Of a DNA stretch of 59,055 nt, positions 9,799 through 19,521 are shown one piece after another. The position numbers and the translations under genes are program-made. The notes beneath the pieces are model-generated. The model had not been told where the DNA came from, made no database searches, and saw only the letters and a program-made list of their open reading frames with translations. Numbering within the stretch: the first letter of the stretch is position 1; each line of letters begins with the position of its first letter. This DNA is from Alphaproteobacteria bacterium (GTDB lineage Bacteria > Pseudomonadota > Alphaproteobacteria > 16-39-46 > JAJRRM01), in NCBI GenBank assembly GCA_024279475.1, contig JAJRRM010000033.1, forward strand, positions 1 to 59,055, in the 5' to 3' direction.

Positions 9799-10551
9799 TT
9801 AAGAGTCTCCCCTCGATTTCTCACTACTTTTCATACAGACTGGAACTTTCCATAAATCTTTATGCTCTAAAACTTTTTCTGTAGTATCCCATGCCAGAAG
9901 CTTATTAGATAAAAGTATGGCATTAGAGAAATATTTTTTTACCAACTCCATGTCATGTAATATTGTCACTACAGTTTTCCCCTGTTTGTGCCAATCTAAA
10001 ATAATTTTAAGAAGATCATTCACTGTTCGTTGATCAATTCCTGTAAATGGCTCATCCAGAAAAATTATTGGCTTGTCTTGTATCATCAGCCGAGCAAAAA
10101 GAACGCGCTGAAACTGCCCTCCAGACAGAGCATCTAGGGTTCTCTCTTCAAAACCTTTTAGACCAAGATGTTCTAACACCTCATGAATCTGCTCATGCTG
10201 TCTATAAGACACAGCATGAAATCCTTTTATTTTATGCCAAAGGCCTGTACAAACAAAATCCTCTACACGCAAAGGAAAACTACGATCAACTTCTGCTTGC
10301 TGTGGCAAATAAGCAGCATGCTGACGAAGCTTAGCATAGCTTGGCTTAACAGAGCCCTTTTTTGGCTTTAAAAGGCCCAAAAGAACTTTTAAAAACGTGC
10401 TTTTTCCACTTCCATTAGGCCCAATAATAGCTGTTAAAGTGCCTGGTTCAAAAGTCCCACTCACAGATTCTAAGGCTTTTTGAGCTCCATAACTCATAGA
10501 CAAGTTATCTACGATCACAGGAAAAGGTTGTTTGTTTTCAGAAATCTTCAT
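9799..10551 (-). CDS. Metal ABC transporter ATP-binding protein
   Basis: Walker A GPNGSGKST, signature LSGGQFQR, Walker B IIFLDEP. Confidence 0.9.
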   Translation of the reverse strand: MKISENKQPFPVIVDNLSMSYGAQKALESVSGTFEPGTLTAIIGPNGSGKSTFLKVLLGLLKPKKGSVKPSYAKLRQHAAYLPQQAEVDRSFPLRVEDFVCTGLWHKIKGFHAVSYRQHEQIHEVLEHLGLKGFEERTLDALSGGQFQRVLFARLMIQDKPIIFLDEPFTGIDQRTVNDLLKIILDWHKQGKTVVTILHDMELVKKYFSNAILLSNKLLAWDTTEKVLEHKDLWKVPVCMKSSEKSRGDS

Positions 10552-10554
10552 AAA

Positions 10555-10656
10555 TTATAACGCCCATACAACTAGAATCCACAACAAAAAAATAAGAAAA
10601 AAGGCCAACATTAAACGCTGAATAACCCCTACCATAAACGGCGAACGAAAATGCAT
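10555..10656 (-). CDS. Unannotated 33-codon hydrophobic mini-ORF directly preceding the ABC ATPase gene
   Basis: ATG at 10656. Translation is MHFRSPFMVGVIQRLMLAFFLIFLLWILVVWAL (one predicted TM helix). Its TAA is 3 nt before the ATPase ATG (TAATTTATG). No clear SD is visible. Confidence 0.3.
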   Translation of the reverse strand: MHFRSPFMVGVIQRLMLAFFLIFLLWILVVWAL

Positions 10657-11108
10657 GAATATTTACCTTGTACTCTCAAAAGTTTAACTTAAAAACTCCT
10701 GTATAGTTGCTTTTTTCAATCTCTTTTGTCAAGAAAAAGGAGCAGTTTAATAGTCTATAATTTTTTCTGTTTCTAGAATATATTTTAAGCTCACTGGTAA
10801 GGCTAATTGTAGAAGAAACCCGATACCATACTGCTCTATCATTTTCTTAGATTGCAATCAACCTCGTATTTACAATATTAGCGTACATATCCTATTTATA
10901 TAACTCTCTTGATGATTATTCTAAATAATAAAAGTTTTTATTAAAATTTATCTCTCCTATAGAGAAAGTATTATATAATCAGTCATTTTAAAATCATACC
11001 AACCCTATAAAAAAACTTCTTACCTTCTATTTTTTTGAAAAGCATACAAAAAAAATTAAAAATACTCTAGGAAAAGAAAACCTGTTCTGCTATAAGCATA
11101 AGCAGTAT

Positions 11109-11184
<76 letters not shown>

Positions 11185-11225
11185 CTCCATTCCAAACCCT
11201 ATTTATTAGATAGAAAAAGGGACAG

Positions 11226-12026
11226 ATGATTAAACTTCTTTTTTGTGGTGATATAGTTGGTCGATCTGGTCGTCAAGCTGTAGTAGACCACCTGCCTGCT
11301 TTAAAAGAAAAATATAGCCCTGACTTAACCATTATGAATGCGGAGAATGCTGCTCGAGGCATGGGTATTACAGGGAAAATTTGCAACGAGCTCTACGCTG
11401 CCGGCGTTGATATTATCACCACAGGCAACCATGTATGGGATAATAAAGACATTTTTAAATATATTAATGAGGACCCTCGTTTAGTAAGACCAGGTAACTA
11501 TCCTGACAAATTACCTGGGAAAGGCTCAACCCTTCTAGAACTCCCTAACGGAGAAAAAATATTAATTGCCAACCTTATGGGGCAATTGTTTATGTCCCCT
11601 CAGCTGAATTCTCCCTTTGAAAAAATGGAAAAAATTCTGGAACGCTATACGATGGGGAAAAATGTACAAGCTATTTTCGTAGATTTTCATGCTGAAGTAA
11701 CTAGTGAAAAACAATCATTTGCTAATTACTTTGATGGAAAAATATCTGCAATGATTGGAACACACACCCACACACCCACAGCAGATGAACGCATCTTACC
11801 AAAAGGCACCGCTATGCAAACAGATACGGGTATGTGTGGCGATTATAAGTCAGTTATTGGCATGCAACTAGAAATATCTTTAGAGCGTTTTTCTAATAAA
11901 TATTCAACTGGTCGACTGTCTCCTGCTGAGGGACCTGGTACACTTTGCGGCATATATATAGAGATTGATTCAACAACAGGACATGCTAAAAAAATAGAAC
12001 GCGTTCTTGCCGGAGAACCCCTTTAA
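11226..12026 (+). CDS. YmdB-family metallophosphoesterase (2',3'-cyclic-nucleotide phosphodiesterase-like)
   Basis: MIKLLFCGDIVGRSGR, NAENAA.G.G, GNHVWD and GTHTHTPTAD motifs. Confidence 0.85.
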   Translation: MIKLLFCGDIVGRSGRQAVVDHLPALKEKYSPDLTIMNAENAARGMGITGKICNELYAAGVDIITTGNHVWDNKDIFKYINEDPRLVRPGNYPDKLPGKGSTLLELPNGEKILIANLMGQLFMSPQLNSPFEKMEKILERYTMGKNVQAIFVDFHAEVTSEKQSFANYFDGKISAMIGTHTHTPTADERILPKGTAMQTDTGMCGDYKSVIGMQLEISLERFSNKYSTGRLSPAEGPGTLCGIYIEIDSTTGHAKKIERVLAGEPL

Positions 12027-12054
12027 CTTCGCTATATATCTCCTTTTCCTGATA

Positions 12055-13932
12055 CTATTTTTTTAAGAAACTCATCACTAGCTTCCACAATTGTGCCGGC
12101 AGCCTTCCCCCAGTCATCTTATTGGGTAAAGGAGCATTATTATCATTCCCTATCCAAACACCTACTACATAAGGATTTTCAAACCCTATAAACCAAGCAT
12201 CTCTATGATCCTGTGTTGTACCAGTTTTTGCAGAAGCAATATGCCCCTTTCGATAGGCTTGTTTTGCTGTACCATAATTAACAGCTTTAATAAGCATTGT
12301 TGTCATATCTTTACACACTTTCTTAGAGGCAATTGCCCTTTCTTTTTTCTTCTTTCGACTATATAGCATCTTACCTTTAGGTGTTTCTATCTTTGTAATA
12401 CCATAAGGATTAACGAGCATGCATCCATTAGCCACTGTAGCAAAAGAGCTTGTCATAGCTAAGAGAGAACTTTCTAAAGTTCCCAAAGACATAGTAAGGT
12501 TTGGTTTTTTTGGTATACTCCTTAAGGCTCCCATCTTTTTAGCTACTTTTAAAAAAGCTACTACTCCTATTTTTTTAGCTATACGCACTGTAACTGTATT
12601 AACAGAATATGCTAGAGCTTCAGACATCTTTAACTGCCCCTGAGATTTCCATGCATAATTTTTTGGACGCCAATTTCCTAACCGTACCGGCGTATCTTTT
12701 ATTTTATCTGTAAGGTTCATGCCCTTTATTAAACCTGCCATATATACAAATAGTTTAAAAACTGATCCTGTCTGCCTTTTTGCTTGAAAAGCCCGGTTAA
12801 AAGATGATAAAAAATATTTACGCCCTCCTATCATACCCTGTACACTTCCACCTGTTCCCATAACAATCATAGCTAGTTGTGCTTCTTTTAGATTTCTTTT
12901 CTTATCAAAAACATCAACTGCCGCCTCTAAGGATTTTTGTGCTGATGGTGAATAAGTAGTTGTTATAATAAGATCTTGATTCACAAATGGAATATGCTTA
13001 AAAATTTGTCTATATATCCAATCTGTAAAATAGAGCTCTGAAGCTCCTGCTGTTTCTTTACTTTTTATCTTATATGCTAAAAGATTCTTTCTGGCTCTCT
13101 TTTCCTGAGCTTTTGTTATATAATCAAGATTCTCCATTCGACTAATAACCAAAGTAGCTCTTTCTTTAAAATAATCTAACTTGTATAAAGGACTATATGT
13201 CTGTGGTGCCTTAAGCATACCCGCTAAACCTGCAGCCTCCCACAAAGTTACATGCCTCAAATTTTTGCCAAAATAGTGCTGAGCTGCTGCTGAAAATCCA
13301 TATAACCCTGGCCCCATATAAACACGATTTAAGTAAATAGTTAGTATTTGATCTTTTGAGAAATGTCGCTCTAGCCAAAAACTTACAATAAGCTCCTGCA
13401 ACTTACGCTTAATGCTTCGTTTGGGAGATAGAAAGAGTGTTTTTGCTAGCTGCTGTGTTAAAGTACTCCCTCCTTGTTTTATTTTCCCAGACATAATATT
13501 TGTCACTAGAGCTCTTCCCAAACCTAAAAAATCAATGCCCCTATGATCATGAAACCTGTGATCTTCAATCGCCATCACAGCTTTTGGAATAAACAACGGA
13601 ATATTTTTTAAAATAACAGGAGTTAAATGCTTATCACCATAAGATCTCAAGGGTCTCTTATTAATATCCAAAATTTCAATGTATGGACGTCGAGTAGCAA
13701 CTGTTAATTTATTTAAATCTGGCAAATCATACCAAAGCCAAACAAACCCTGAAAAAAAAATTAAAAAAGACCATAAAAATAGCGTTAATAATACCTGCCC
13801 TGACCTTTTTTTTCCTGATATCTTAGAAGTTTTTTGTCGCTTTCTTTCAGGCGATCGTCTGTTTATAGAAACTTTCTGAATTTCTCTTTTATGAGACTGT
13901 TTTTTCTGTTTTTTTTTCTTCTTAAAAACCAT
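12055..13932 (-). CDS. Class A penicillin-binding protein (transglycosylase/transpeptidase)
   Basis: GT51 motifs EDHRFHDHRGID and GGSTLTQQLAK. Transpeptidase motifs SVFK, SVN and KTGT. Lys-rich cytoplasmic tail followed by one TM segment. Confidence 0.9.
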   Translation of the reverse strand: MVFKKKKKQKKQSHKREIQKVSINRRSPERKRQKTSKISGKKRSGQVLLTLFLWSFLIFFSGFVWLWYDLPDLNKLTVATRRPYIEILDINKRPLRSYGDKHLTPVILKNIPLFIPKAVMAIEDHRFHDHRGIDFLGLGRALVTNIMSGKIKQGGSTLTQQLAKTLFLSPKRSIKRKLQELIVSFWLERHFSKDQILTIYLNRVYMGPGLYGFSAAAQHYFGKNLRHVTLWEAAGLAGMLKAPQTYSPLYKLDYFKERATLVISRMENLDYITKAQEKRARKNLLAYKIKSKETAGASELYFTDWIYRQIFKHIPFVNQDLIITTTYSPSAQKSLEAAVDVFDKKRNLKEAQLAMIVMGTGGSVQGMIGGRKYFLSSFNRAFQAKRQTGSVFKLFVYMAGLIKGMNLTDKIKDTPVRLGNWRPKNYAWKSQGQLKMSEALAYSVNTVTVRIAKKIGVVAFLKVAKKMGALRSIPKKPNLTMSLGTLESSLLAMTSSFATVANGCMLVNPYGITKIETPKGKMLYSRKKKKERAIASKKVCKDMTTMLIKAVNYGTAKQAYRKGHIASAKTGTTQDHRDAWFIGFENPYVVGVWIGNDNNAPLPNKMTGGRLPAQLWKLVMSFLKK

Positions 13933-14002
13933 TTAACTCTAAAAATAATTATTACGAAAATACTGTAACATAAAAAATATCCTCGATATCTCTTTATTTA
14001 TT

Positions 14003-14935
14003 TCATACGCCTATAGCCTCTATCCATTGAAGAGTTAAAGCGCCATCTTTTCCTGGCGTTCGGCACGAAGTAATTCCTTTAATACAATCTAAAAAATGTT
14101 GGCACTCTATTTTAAGGGGTTCTCCTTGTGGAGCAATAAGAGATTGCATCTGTAAGGCTGGCTCTTGGTAGCCATCAAATGGTACATGTTCATATAACCC
14201 CTTCGTTATTTTTTCTTCCCAAGGCTTTGTGTCATCAAATATTATAATGCCCTTTGACCCTTGTACTATAATTACCTGCTCTTTTATTGGCCATATGCGA
14301 GATAAAAAAAGATCTACCGTTACCTTCCCAGCTTGAAGAAAAATAGATGCTTGGTCTGCATTAGGCATTAACTCTGGTCCTGTTGACTGCACTTGCCTAA
14401 AGTCTAATGTTTCTCCTAAAAGGGCATGCAACATACTTAAGTCATGTGGAGCAAAATCACGTACAATAGATTCATAGGCACGAAATCTACCAAAATTACA
14501 CCGACGCAAGGAAATATGCAAAATATCTCCAATTGCCCCTGTTTTTACTTCTTTAAGGAAAATTTCAAAGCAAGGATGATAACGTAGTAAATGACCCACC
14601 ATAAGGGTTCTATCACATTTTTTTGCCAATTCGCACAATTCGAGTGCTTCTTTAGAATTTTCTGCTATGGGCTTTTCAACAAAAACATGCTTTCCAGCTT
14701 TTAGAGCCTGCTCTGTAAGCAATTTATGACTTGGCGTTGGTGTAGAAATAACAAAACCATCAATCAATTTGTTCTGCAGCAAGTCTTCAAAGGTACATAC
14801 AGGAATAGATTTCCATGTGTTTTCTTCTTCTCTTAAATGCTCAGAACATACAGCAGATAAAACTCCTAACTCTTTAAAACTCCGAGCTAAATTTTTCCCC
14901 CATGCACCCACGCCAATAACGGCAACTTTCAACAA
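14003..14935 (-). CDS. Gfo/Idh/MocA family oxidoreductase
   Basis: N-terminal Rossmann motif KVAVIGVGAWGKN and the EKP motif FVEKP. Confidence 0.75.
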   Translation of the reverse strand: MLKVAVIGVGAWGKNLARSFKELGVLSAVCSEHLREEENTWKSIPVCTFEDLLQNKLIDGFVISTPTPSHKLLTEQALKAGKHVFVEKPIAENSKEALELCELAKKCDRTLMVGHLLRYHPCFEIFLKEVKTGAIGDILHISLRRCNFGRFRAYESIVRDFAPHDLSMLHALLGETLDFRQVQSTGPELMPNADQASIFLQAGKVTVDLFLSRIWPIKEQVIIVQGSKGIIIFDDTKPWEEKITKGLYEHVPFDGYQEPALQMQSLIAPQGEPLKIECQHFLDCIKGITSCRTPGKDGALTLQWIEAIGV

Positions 14936-15066
14936 AACAAACTCCTCATAAACCTTAAATATTTTATGGTTCCTTATATCATAAAATATAGGGCTAACAA
15001 AGTCCTTTCATAAAATGAAAAATAGTTTAGCATGTAAGGGGAAGAGTTAAGCATAGGAAATTTCAA

Positions 15067-15363
15067 ATGGCATTTCACCCAAGCGTTAATGAAGGAGCTA
15101 TAGGCTTCTGGGGAGGCTACTATAAAGGCCTTGCCTACCTTCTTTGGGGTTGTATAGTCTTTATTAACCTAGCTGTAGTTGGACGAAATTTCTTGATGCT
15201 TTCTTTTGAGGACGCTTTGAAAGCTATTGGAGCATGGTACAGCTATCACCTAAATATTAGCTTTTATATAGCCGTAAGTATTTTATTTGTTTTAGGTGCT
15301 ATTTCCTATATCGTCGGTTTGTCTATAGACACTACTTCTAAAAATACGCGTTTAAAAAAATAA
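15067..15363 (+). CDS. Hypothetical small membrane protein (98 aa, 2-3 TM segments)
   Basis: ORF only. It has hydrophobic segments and I recognise no motif. Confidence 0.4.
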   Translation: MAFHPSVNEGAIGFWGGYYKGLAYLLWGCIVFINLAVVGRNFLMLSFEDALKAIGAWYSYHLNISFYIAVSILFVLGAISYIVGLSIDTTSKNTRLKK

Positions 15364-15369
15364 AACTAG

Positions 15370-16647
15370 CTATCTATTAAATGCCTCCATTGGCCTGGCA
15401 TACGTTTCTTTTACAAAGAGCATCATAATAAAGGTAATAGCTAAAGTTCCTGGGATTACCATTAAACTCATACGAATGCTTTCTAGCGAATATACTCCTC
15501 TGATCACTGTACCCTTATTAAGAATATCTAGGAACAGTCCCACAACTGGCTGAGCAGTAGAAGCAATGAACATAGCAATAGTATTGCAAAAACCAACTGT
15601 AAAACCACTTACATGCGGTGGATTAAGTTCTCTAATGATTGGAAACATAAGAATCTGGCTTCCTAAAACAACGCCTAGTAAAAACATTAATATAAAAAAT
15701 GGCAATAAAGTCGTTATAGGGCCTAAAATAATAATAAGAGATATCAGTAGAGCAATAATTGTTCCAGCTAATGCTACCAATTTACGACGCCTTAATGTAT
15801 CTGACAGCCATCCACAAAAGGGCCCCCCCACAGTGAGACCAGCAAAAATAGAAGCTAAAGTAGCAGTTGCCTCTGTGCGAGAACAACTACATAATTGAAC
15901 TAGATAAGGTGTTCCCCAAAGTTCTCCAAACGCACCAATAGGCATATAGAGAACCCCTCCAAAAATGCCTGCTATCCAGCTCTGCGGATTTTTTAGAACA
16001 ATAAGAATTTCTTTGAACGCTATGCCCTGGCCTTTTTTATCTACAGCCGATGCTTTCTTTTTATCTCTGACAAAAATATAAATGATTAGAGCCAAAATAC
16101 AGCCAGCTATACCCGCAAAAATAAGTGTCTCTTTCCATCCTATAACCTCAACACTTTTAGCCAAAGGCGCTCCTCCAACCAAAGCTCCTAGGGTGCCAAT
16201 CATAAGCGTAAGGCCTGTAAGAAAACCATATCTTTCTGCACTAAACCATTCGACAGAAATCTTTAGAGTGCCTACTAAAGCAAAAGCTGAACCTCCACCT
16301 ATTATAAAGCGTCCTATCCAAGCAATGCAATAAACATCTGAAACAGTCATTAAAATAGCCCCTGCACCGCATAGAAGAGATCCAATCGCTAAAAATATGC
16401 GAGCACCATAACGGTCAATCAGAATGCCACTCGGAATTTGAAGGAGAGCATACCCATAGTAATATGCTGAAGATAGATTTCCCATAAGCCATGCATCAAT
16501 GTGAAAAAAGTTTTGCAATTCTTTTTGCATCACGTTAGGAGAAACACGCAATAAAAATTCATACCCAAAAAACAACCCTCCTAAGCACCAAAAGAATATA
16601 GCTTTTTTTTGAGAATTAGATGATGATCCGCTTTCTGAGAAAGACAT
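15370..16647 (-). CDS. MFS transporter (paralog of 19522-20895)
   Basis: About 12 TM segments, motif A-like GILIDRYGAR. The N-terminal FFGYEFLLRVSPNVM block is shared with the second MFS gene. Confidence 0.85.
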   Translation of the reverse strand: MSFSESGSSSNSQKKAIFFWCLGGLFFGYEFLLRVSPNVMQKELQNFFHIDAWLMGNLSSAYYYGYALLQIPSGILIDRYGARIFLAIGSLLCGAGAILMTVSDVYCIAWIGRFIIGGGSAFALVGTLKISVEWFSAERYGFLTGLTLMIGTLGALVGGAPLAKSVEVIGWKETLIFAGIAGCILALIIYIFVRDKKKASAVDKKGQGIAFKEILIVLKNPQSWIAGIFGGVLYMPIGAFGELWGTPYLVQLCSCSRTEATATLASIFAGLTVGGPFCGWLSDTLRRRKLVALAGTIIALLISLIIILGPITTLLPFFILMFLLGVVLGSQILMFPIIRELNPPHVSGFTVGFCNTIAMFIASTAQPVVGLFLDILNKGTVIRGVYSLESIRMSLMVIPGTLAITFIMMLFVKETYARPMEAFNR

Positions 16648-16694
16648 ACTTGATTACCTAAATTATTATTTATTAAAAGTTATGAGAAGTTATT

Positions 16695-16925
16695 TTAGCT
16701 GCCTATAAAGGGTCTGGCCTCACTAGACAGCATAATGGGCACACCATGAAAGACAGGATAAGCATACATGGAAGATACACTTTTCAGCTCTTTATTTTTA
16801 ATATCATAGCGTAAAGCTGTCTTATATATGGGGCAAACTAGCAGCTCTAATAAATATTTATTAGGCTTTATGTCATCAATTTTCTTACCCTTATTGATAG
16901 AGTCACTCATAAAAAGCTTTTCCAC
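16695..16925 (-). CDS. Trm112/UPF0434 family small protein
   Basis: [14 protein letters not shown]...GVPIML pattern. The start could instead be the internal ATG at 16910. Confidence 0.7.
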   Translation of the reverse strand: MEKLFMSDSINKGKKIDDIKPNKYLLELLVCPIYKTALRYDIKNKELKSVSSMYAYPVFHGVPIMLSSEARPFIGS

Positions 16926-17003
16926 TCCTAGTTAACCTATCCTAGCGAACTTTAATTGAAATAGAAAGAAAAAAAATGAGTGCTATAATTTATACATTCT
17001 AGA

Positions 17004-17045
17004 AAACAAAAACAGTCAAAGAAAATTCTTTGACTGTTTTTGTTT
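17004..17045 (-). terminator. Strong intrinsic (bidirectional-looking) terminator after rlpA
   Basis: Perfect 19-bp stem AAACAAAAACAGTCAAAGA / TCTTTGACTGTTTTTGTTT with an AAAT loop. The outer stem and flank run into T-rich tracts on both strands. It sits 15 nt downstream of the rlpA stop. Confidence 0.8.
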
Positions 17046-17059
17046 ATTTCTAAATTAGC

Positions 17060-17683
17060 TTATACTTGGCGTGAAGATCTCTTTTGTTTGTTGTTTTGAG
17101 CGAGCTTTAATTCTCTTTGAAGCGCACTTACTTCTTTTCCCTGACAGTTTGCAGCTAATTGTATGCTTTCTTCTGTCATTACTTCCACTCGAACTTTCGC
17201 TACACCCTTTTCTTTGAATCCTAGCTTTTCTGCTGCTGCTTTTGATAAATCTATAATACGGTTGTCTTTATGAAACGGACCTCGGTCATTGATTCGAACC
17301 ATAAGTACTTTTCCGTTCTCTAAATTTGTTACCTTTGCTACACAAGGCATTTGCAATGTTTTATGCGCTGCAGATATGCTTTCCATATCAAATGTTTCTC
17401 CATTAGCTGTTTTCTTACCATCGAACCCTGGTCCATACCATGATGCCAATCCTTCTTCTTTATACGAAAAATTGCTCTTGGGCGTATACTTTACATCTTT
17501 TATCTTATAGCTTTTTCCGACTTTGTAATGACCGGGTTTCATCAAGTTATATTCACTAAAACCCTTTATTAACTCTTGATCTATACTACCCTGGGATGCA
17601 TAGACGCCAAAACCTGCTCCTATAACTGTTGTTAGAAGCGTTAGGTTGATAAATTTCTTTGAACTTTTTAAAAACTTTTTCAT
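17060..17683 (-). CDS. rlpA: Septal ring lytic transglycosylase RlpA family protein (DPBB domain)
   Basis: GLASWYGPGFDGKKTANGETFD...AAHKTL.MP..A.VTNLENGK...VRINDRGPF. Start taken at MKKFLK (17683), which has a GGAG 8 nt upstream. The ORF track extends to 17710. Confidence 0.85.
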   Translation of the reverse strand: MKKFLKSSKKFINLTLLTTVIGAGFGVYASQGSIDQELIKGFSEYNLMKPGHYKVGKSYKIKDVKYTPKSNFSYKEEGLASWYGPGFDGKKTANGETFDMESISAAHKTLQMPCVAKVTNLENGKVLMVRINDRGPFHKDNRIIDLSKAAAEKLGFKEKGVAKVRVEVMTEESIQLAANCQGKEVSALQRELKLAQNNKQKRSSRQV

Positions 17684-17739
17684 ATCTAATTCTCCTATTT
17701 TATATTCCATACCTTATATATAGGTGCAAATTATCCTAT

Positions 17740-18318
17740 TTAAAGGGCCCTTACCTCTAATACTTCAGGTATATAATACTTTAACATCTTTTCAATGCCT
17801 GATTTTAACGTCATAGTTGAGCTAGGGCAACCTGAACACGCACCTTTTAGCTTAACATACACTATGCCTTCTTCAAATTTATCAAATATAATATCACCTC
17901 CATCTTGAGCAACAGCTGGACGCACTCGCGTTTCTAATAACTCCTTGATTTCATTAACTATAGCGTCTTCTTTGCTTTCTTTTTCTTGCCCAACAATTTT
18001 TTTTCCATTTTTTTCTAGCTTATTGGTTTTTTTTTCATAGAATAGCGGCTTTTCTGCTACAAAATGCTCCATTATAGCCCCTAAAATAGGTGGCTTTAAA
18101 ATATACCAATCTTTCTCTTTTATCTTTGTTATAGAGATAAAATCACGTCCAAAAAATATGCTTCTTACCCCATCAATATTCAATAGTTTTTCTGCTAATG
18201 GAGATGCTTTTGCCTCTTCAGCCGTCACAAATTCTTGTGTGCCAGATTCCATTAACACCTTTCCTGGAATGAATTTGAGCGTTAGTGGATTAGGTGTTTC
18301 TTCAGTCTGAATAAACAT
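17740..18318 (-). CDS. NifU/Nfu-type Fe-S cluster scaffold protein (Nfu_N plus NifU C-terminal domain)
   Basis: MFIQTEETPNPLTLKF N-terminus and the C-terminal GACSGCPSS CxxC motif. Confidence 0.85.
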   Translation of the reverse strand: MFIQTEETPNPLTLKFIPGKVLMESGTQEFVTAEEAKASPLAEKLLNIDGVRSIFFGRDFISITKIKEKDWYILKPPILGAIMEHFVAEKPLFYEKKTNKLEKNGKKIVGQEKESKEDAIVNEIKELLETRVRPAVAQDGGDIIFDKFEEGIVYVKLKGACSGCPSSTMTLKSGIEKMLKYYIPEVLEVRAL

Positions 18319-18438
18319 ATATCTCCTTTGAATATGTACCCCCCCTATATAGACACTCTACAAAAAAAATCAAGTTCTTGCAAAAACAAGCTACAAGATT
18401 TATCTTAAGCGAGCTATTTAAGCAACAAAAAGGATGCT

Positions 18439-18696
18439 ATGACTATCGTAACGGGCATTGTCGTATATATACTTGTGTGGTGGATATCCTTATTTATTAT
18501 ACTACCCATTGGTATTCGTACAGAAGAAAAACCTAACAAAGGAATGGCTTGGGGTCATCCTAAGCCCTTCTCTTTAAAGAGAAAACTCCTTTTTTCAACA
18601 ATTGTGAGCGTTTTTGTTTGGTTTTTTATTTTCTTTTTTGTAGAATCAAATCTGATCTCATTTAGGTGGGATCCCACAAACGCCGCTTTCGGCTAA
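18439..18696 (+). CDS. DUF1467 family small membrane protein
   Basis: VWWISLFIILPIGIR...GHPK pattern, as I remember for alphaproteobacterial DUF1467. Confidence 0.6.
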   Translation: MTIVTGIVVYILVWWISLFIILPIGIRTEEKPNKGMAWGHPKPFSLKRKLLFSTIVSVFVWFFIFFFVESNLISFRWDPTNAAFG

Positions 18697-18771
18697 ACTT
18701 GAAAATAAGAGATTCCTAAGATCTGAATATTTTTGAAAAGATTTACAAGTATAAAATGTAAGGATTTGACA

Positions 18772-19392
18772 ATGGCAAAGTTATATTTTTATTATTCAGC
18801 AATGAATGCAGGTAAAACAACAACTTTATTGCAATCTAGCTATAACTATAATGAACGTGGCATGGAAACACTTTTATATATTCCTGCCTTTGACGACAGG
18901 GCTGGAGTAGGAAAAATTGCTTCTCGCATTGGGTTAAATGCACAAGCAATTCCCTTTGAAAGAGCCTTTGATTTTTTAATAGATGTTAGAGAAAAGCTCT
19001 CTCAAAAATCCATACAATGTATATTGATTGATGAAGCACAGTTTCTTACACAAGGACAAGTAGAACAACTTACGGATATTGTTGATATACTTAGTATACC
19101 CGTTCTTGCTTACGGCTTACGAACAGATTTCCTTGGAGAACTTTTTGAAGGCAGCAAATATCTTCTCGGATTAGCAGAGAATATTATTGAAATTAAAACT
19201 ATTTGCCACTGTGGGAGAAAGGCTACTATGAATATGCGTATTGATGAATATGGCCACGCCGTACGAAAAGGAGCTCAAGTAGAGATCGGTGGTAATAGTC
19301 GTTATGTAGCCGTTTGCCGCAAGCATTATAAAGATGATGCTGGTGTTTCTCATATTATCCCTGTTAGACACTCTGCAGCTAACTCTTCTTAA
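18772..19392 (+). CDS. tdk: Thymidine kinase
   Basis: [17 protein letters not shown] (P-loop), IDEAQF, and the zinc site CHCGRKAT...VAVCRKHY. I chose the ATG at 18772 over the TTG at 18733. Confidence 0.9.
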   Translation: MAKLYFYYSAMNAGKTTTLLQSSYNYNERGMETLLYIPAFDDRAGVGKIASRIGLNAQAIPFERAFDFLIDVREKLSQKSIQCILIDEAQFLTQGQVEQLTDIVDILSIPVLAYGLRTDFLGELFEGSKYLLGLAENIIEIKTICHCGRKATMNMRIDEYGHAVRKGAQVEIGGNSRYVAVCRKHYKDDAGVSHIIPVRHSAANSS

Positions 19393-19521
19393 GAAATATC
19401 CCCTAAGAAGTTTATTACAATTTCTATTGAACTCAAAAAAAATAATAGAGCCAAAAATTAGCCTGGGGTTGACTTCTTCTCCTAACTTCTTACTAATGAG
19501 TATCTCATAAAAAAAACTATA

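Noticed and set aside
10915-10929. ATTATT-CTA-AATAAT palindrome upstream of the metal ABC operon, considered as a Fur/Zur-type box
   Set aside because: It is only a 6-3-6 AT palindrome in an AT-rich spacer, about 260 nt from the operon start, and does not match the remembered Fur or alphaproteobacterial Zur consensus well. It cannot be separated from chance.
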